Positions 63,240-64,000 of a DNA stretch of 64,000 nt are shown piece after piece (position 1 is the first letter of the stretch; each line of letters begins with the position of its first letter). Both the position numbers and the translations under genes were made by a program. The DNA lies in NCBI GenBank assembly GCA_012271015.1, contig JAAXHD010000315.1, forward strand, positions 26,762 through 90,761, read 5' to 3'. The notes under the pieces were generated by a model. That model was not told the DNA's origin. It made no database searches and was given only the letters and a program-made list of their open reading frames with translations. This DNA is from Candidatus Poribacteria bacterium (GTDB taxonomy: Bacteria > Poribacteria > WGA-4E > WGA-3G).

Positions 63240-63698
63240 ATGAAAATCCTAACCCTCCTGGGGTTAGTGCTGTTCGGTTTAGACGCTCCCATAGGGGCAG
63301 ATCCCTGTGACACCCCCTCAAATGGGGTACAAGAGAATATCTTGGGCATCGTTGAAGTCTATGACCTGGGTTACCATATGAACTCCTACACGCAAAGCAG
63401 TCATCGCATGACGATTGAAAATCGGACTGACCATGCGGTGGAGTATAAATATGAATGTAGCCACGTTGTTGTGATAGACGATGCGAATGATAACATCATC
63501 GTTGCTGATGCGACACAGGAGTTTGGACCGCATACTGTGAAGCCAGGGGAGACGGAATGGCATCTTAAGACACGGACTGCGTCTCTACACAATGTGAGGC
63601 GTAATGAAGACTACATTCTGAAAACTTACACAGCACTGCGTGTTACCGGCGGTCCCTCCTGGGGTATCTGTAGAGAATACGGATTTAGACACGAGTAG
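63240..63698 (+). CDS. secreted hypothetical protein
   Basis: Signal-peptide-like MKILTLLGLVLFGLDAPIGA. No family recognised. Confidence 0.4.
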   Translation: MKILTLLGLVLFGLDAPIGADPCDTPSNGVQENILGIVEVYDLGYHMNSYTQSSHRMTIENRTDHAVEYKYECSHVVVIDDANDNIIVADATQEFGPHTVKPGETEWHLKTRTASLHNVRRNEDYILKTYTALRVTGGPSWGICREYGFRHE

Positions 63699-63842
63699 GG
63701 ATTGTCTTAGTAGATTATAGGATTCCTTAAAACAGGCGAGGTCTCCCTTGATGCCCTCATTGGGGCAGAAACCTCGCCTCCCACACAGAGAACGTTTTCG
63801 GTTGTAATCCACTGAACTGTCTTAGATAAGGAGTGTTTTAAA

Positions 63843-64000
63843 ATGTATAAACTTTGGATAGTTACAGGCTTCTTTTTGATAGTGTCCACGTTCGCCGTGG
63901 CAGATATTGCCTTCCTTTCAGATAGAGATGGAAAGAGCAATGTGTATGTGATGAACGATGACGGCAGCAATGTTCGCCAAATCACACATACCCCCTTTAG
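63843..64000 (+). CDS. PD40/TolB-like beta-propeller repeat protein, N-terminal fragment (runs off window)
   Basis: ATG 63843 behind AAGGAG. The translation MYKLWIVTGFFLIVSTFAVADIAFLSDRDGKSNVYVMNDDGSNVRQITHTPF is a signal peptide plus the first PD40 repeat. Confidence 0.6.
   Translation, partial: MYKLWIVTGFFLIVSTFAVADIAFLSDRDGKSNVYVMNDDGSNVRQITHTPF

Noticed and set aside
63707-63985. 92-aa minus-strand ORF at the right edge
   Set aside because: It is antisense to the better-supported PD40-repeat gene start (signal peptide, AAGGAG site, canonical repeat).
1-64000. tRNA, rRNA, tmRNA, integrase, transposase or prophage genes
   Set aside because: I scanned intergenic regions and ORF translations by eye and saw no T-loop/acceptor patterns, rRNA-like stretches, DDE or tyrosine-recombinase motifs. 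Absence is not proven without tRNAscan, Infernal or HMM searches.

Overview
About 64 kb of bacterial chromosome with roughly 50 protein-coding genes on both strands. I saw no rRNA, tRNA, CRISPR array, transposase or integrase by eye.

The content is dominated by paralogous families:
- six phytanoyl-CoA-dioxygenase-like (PhyH) genes, seven domains in total
- two enolase-superfamily genes
- two Cys-type sulfatases
- two LamG-fold secreted proteins
- two very large polytopic membrane proteins
- two secreted zincin proteins with dockerin-like repeats and a shared C-terminal sorting-type domain, one of them frameshifted

Other modules:
- an AT-richer type II restriction-modification cassette (Dam-like methyltransferase plus an unassigned PD-(D/E)XK ORF)
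- a DUF4258/YgiT-like toxin-antitoxin pair inserted between two gene-converted PhyH paralogs
- a TolC-MFP-RND efflux operon
- a GH32 gene behind a long conserved leader
- a NifS-like / adenylate-forming ligase / DUF362 / PhyH cluster
- a sigma-54 enhancer-binding protein with an N-terminal Rieske domain, facing an exact -24/-12 promoter

Intergenic DNA is full of short structured repeats: MITE-like elements with TAGGACTTACGC termini, a GTAGGTTGGGT family, and a recurring 13-mer AACGTGAGTTTGA.

The gene repertoire resembles uncultivated marine or sponge-associated lineages such as Poribacteria, but that is inference only. All calls rest on manual reading of motifs and manual alignment; no searches were run.
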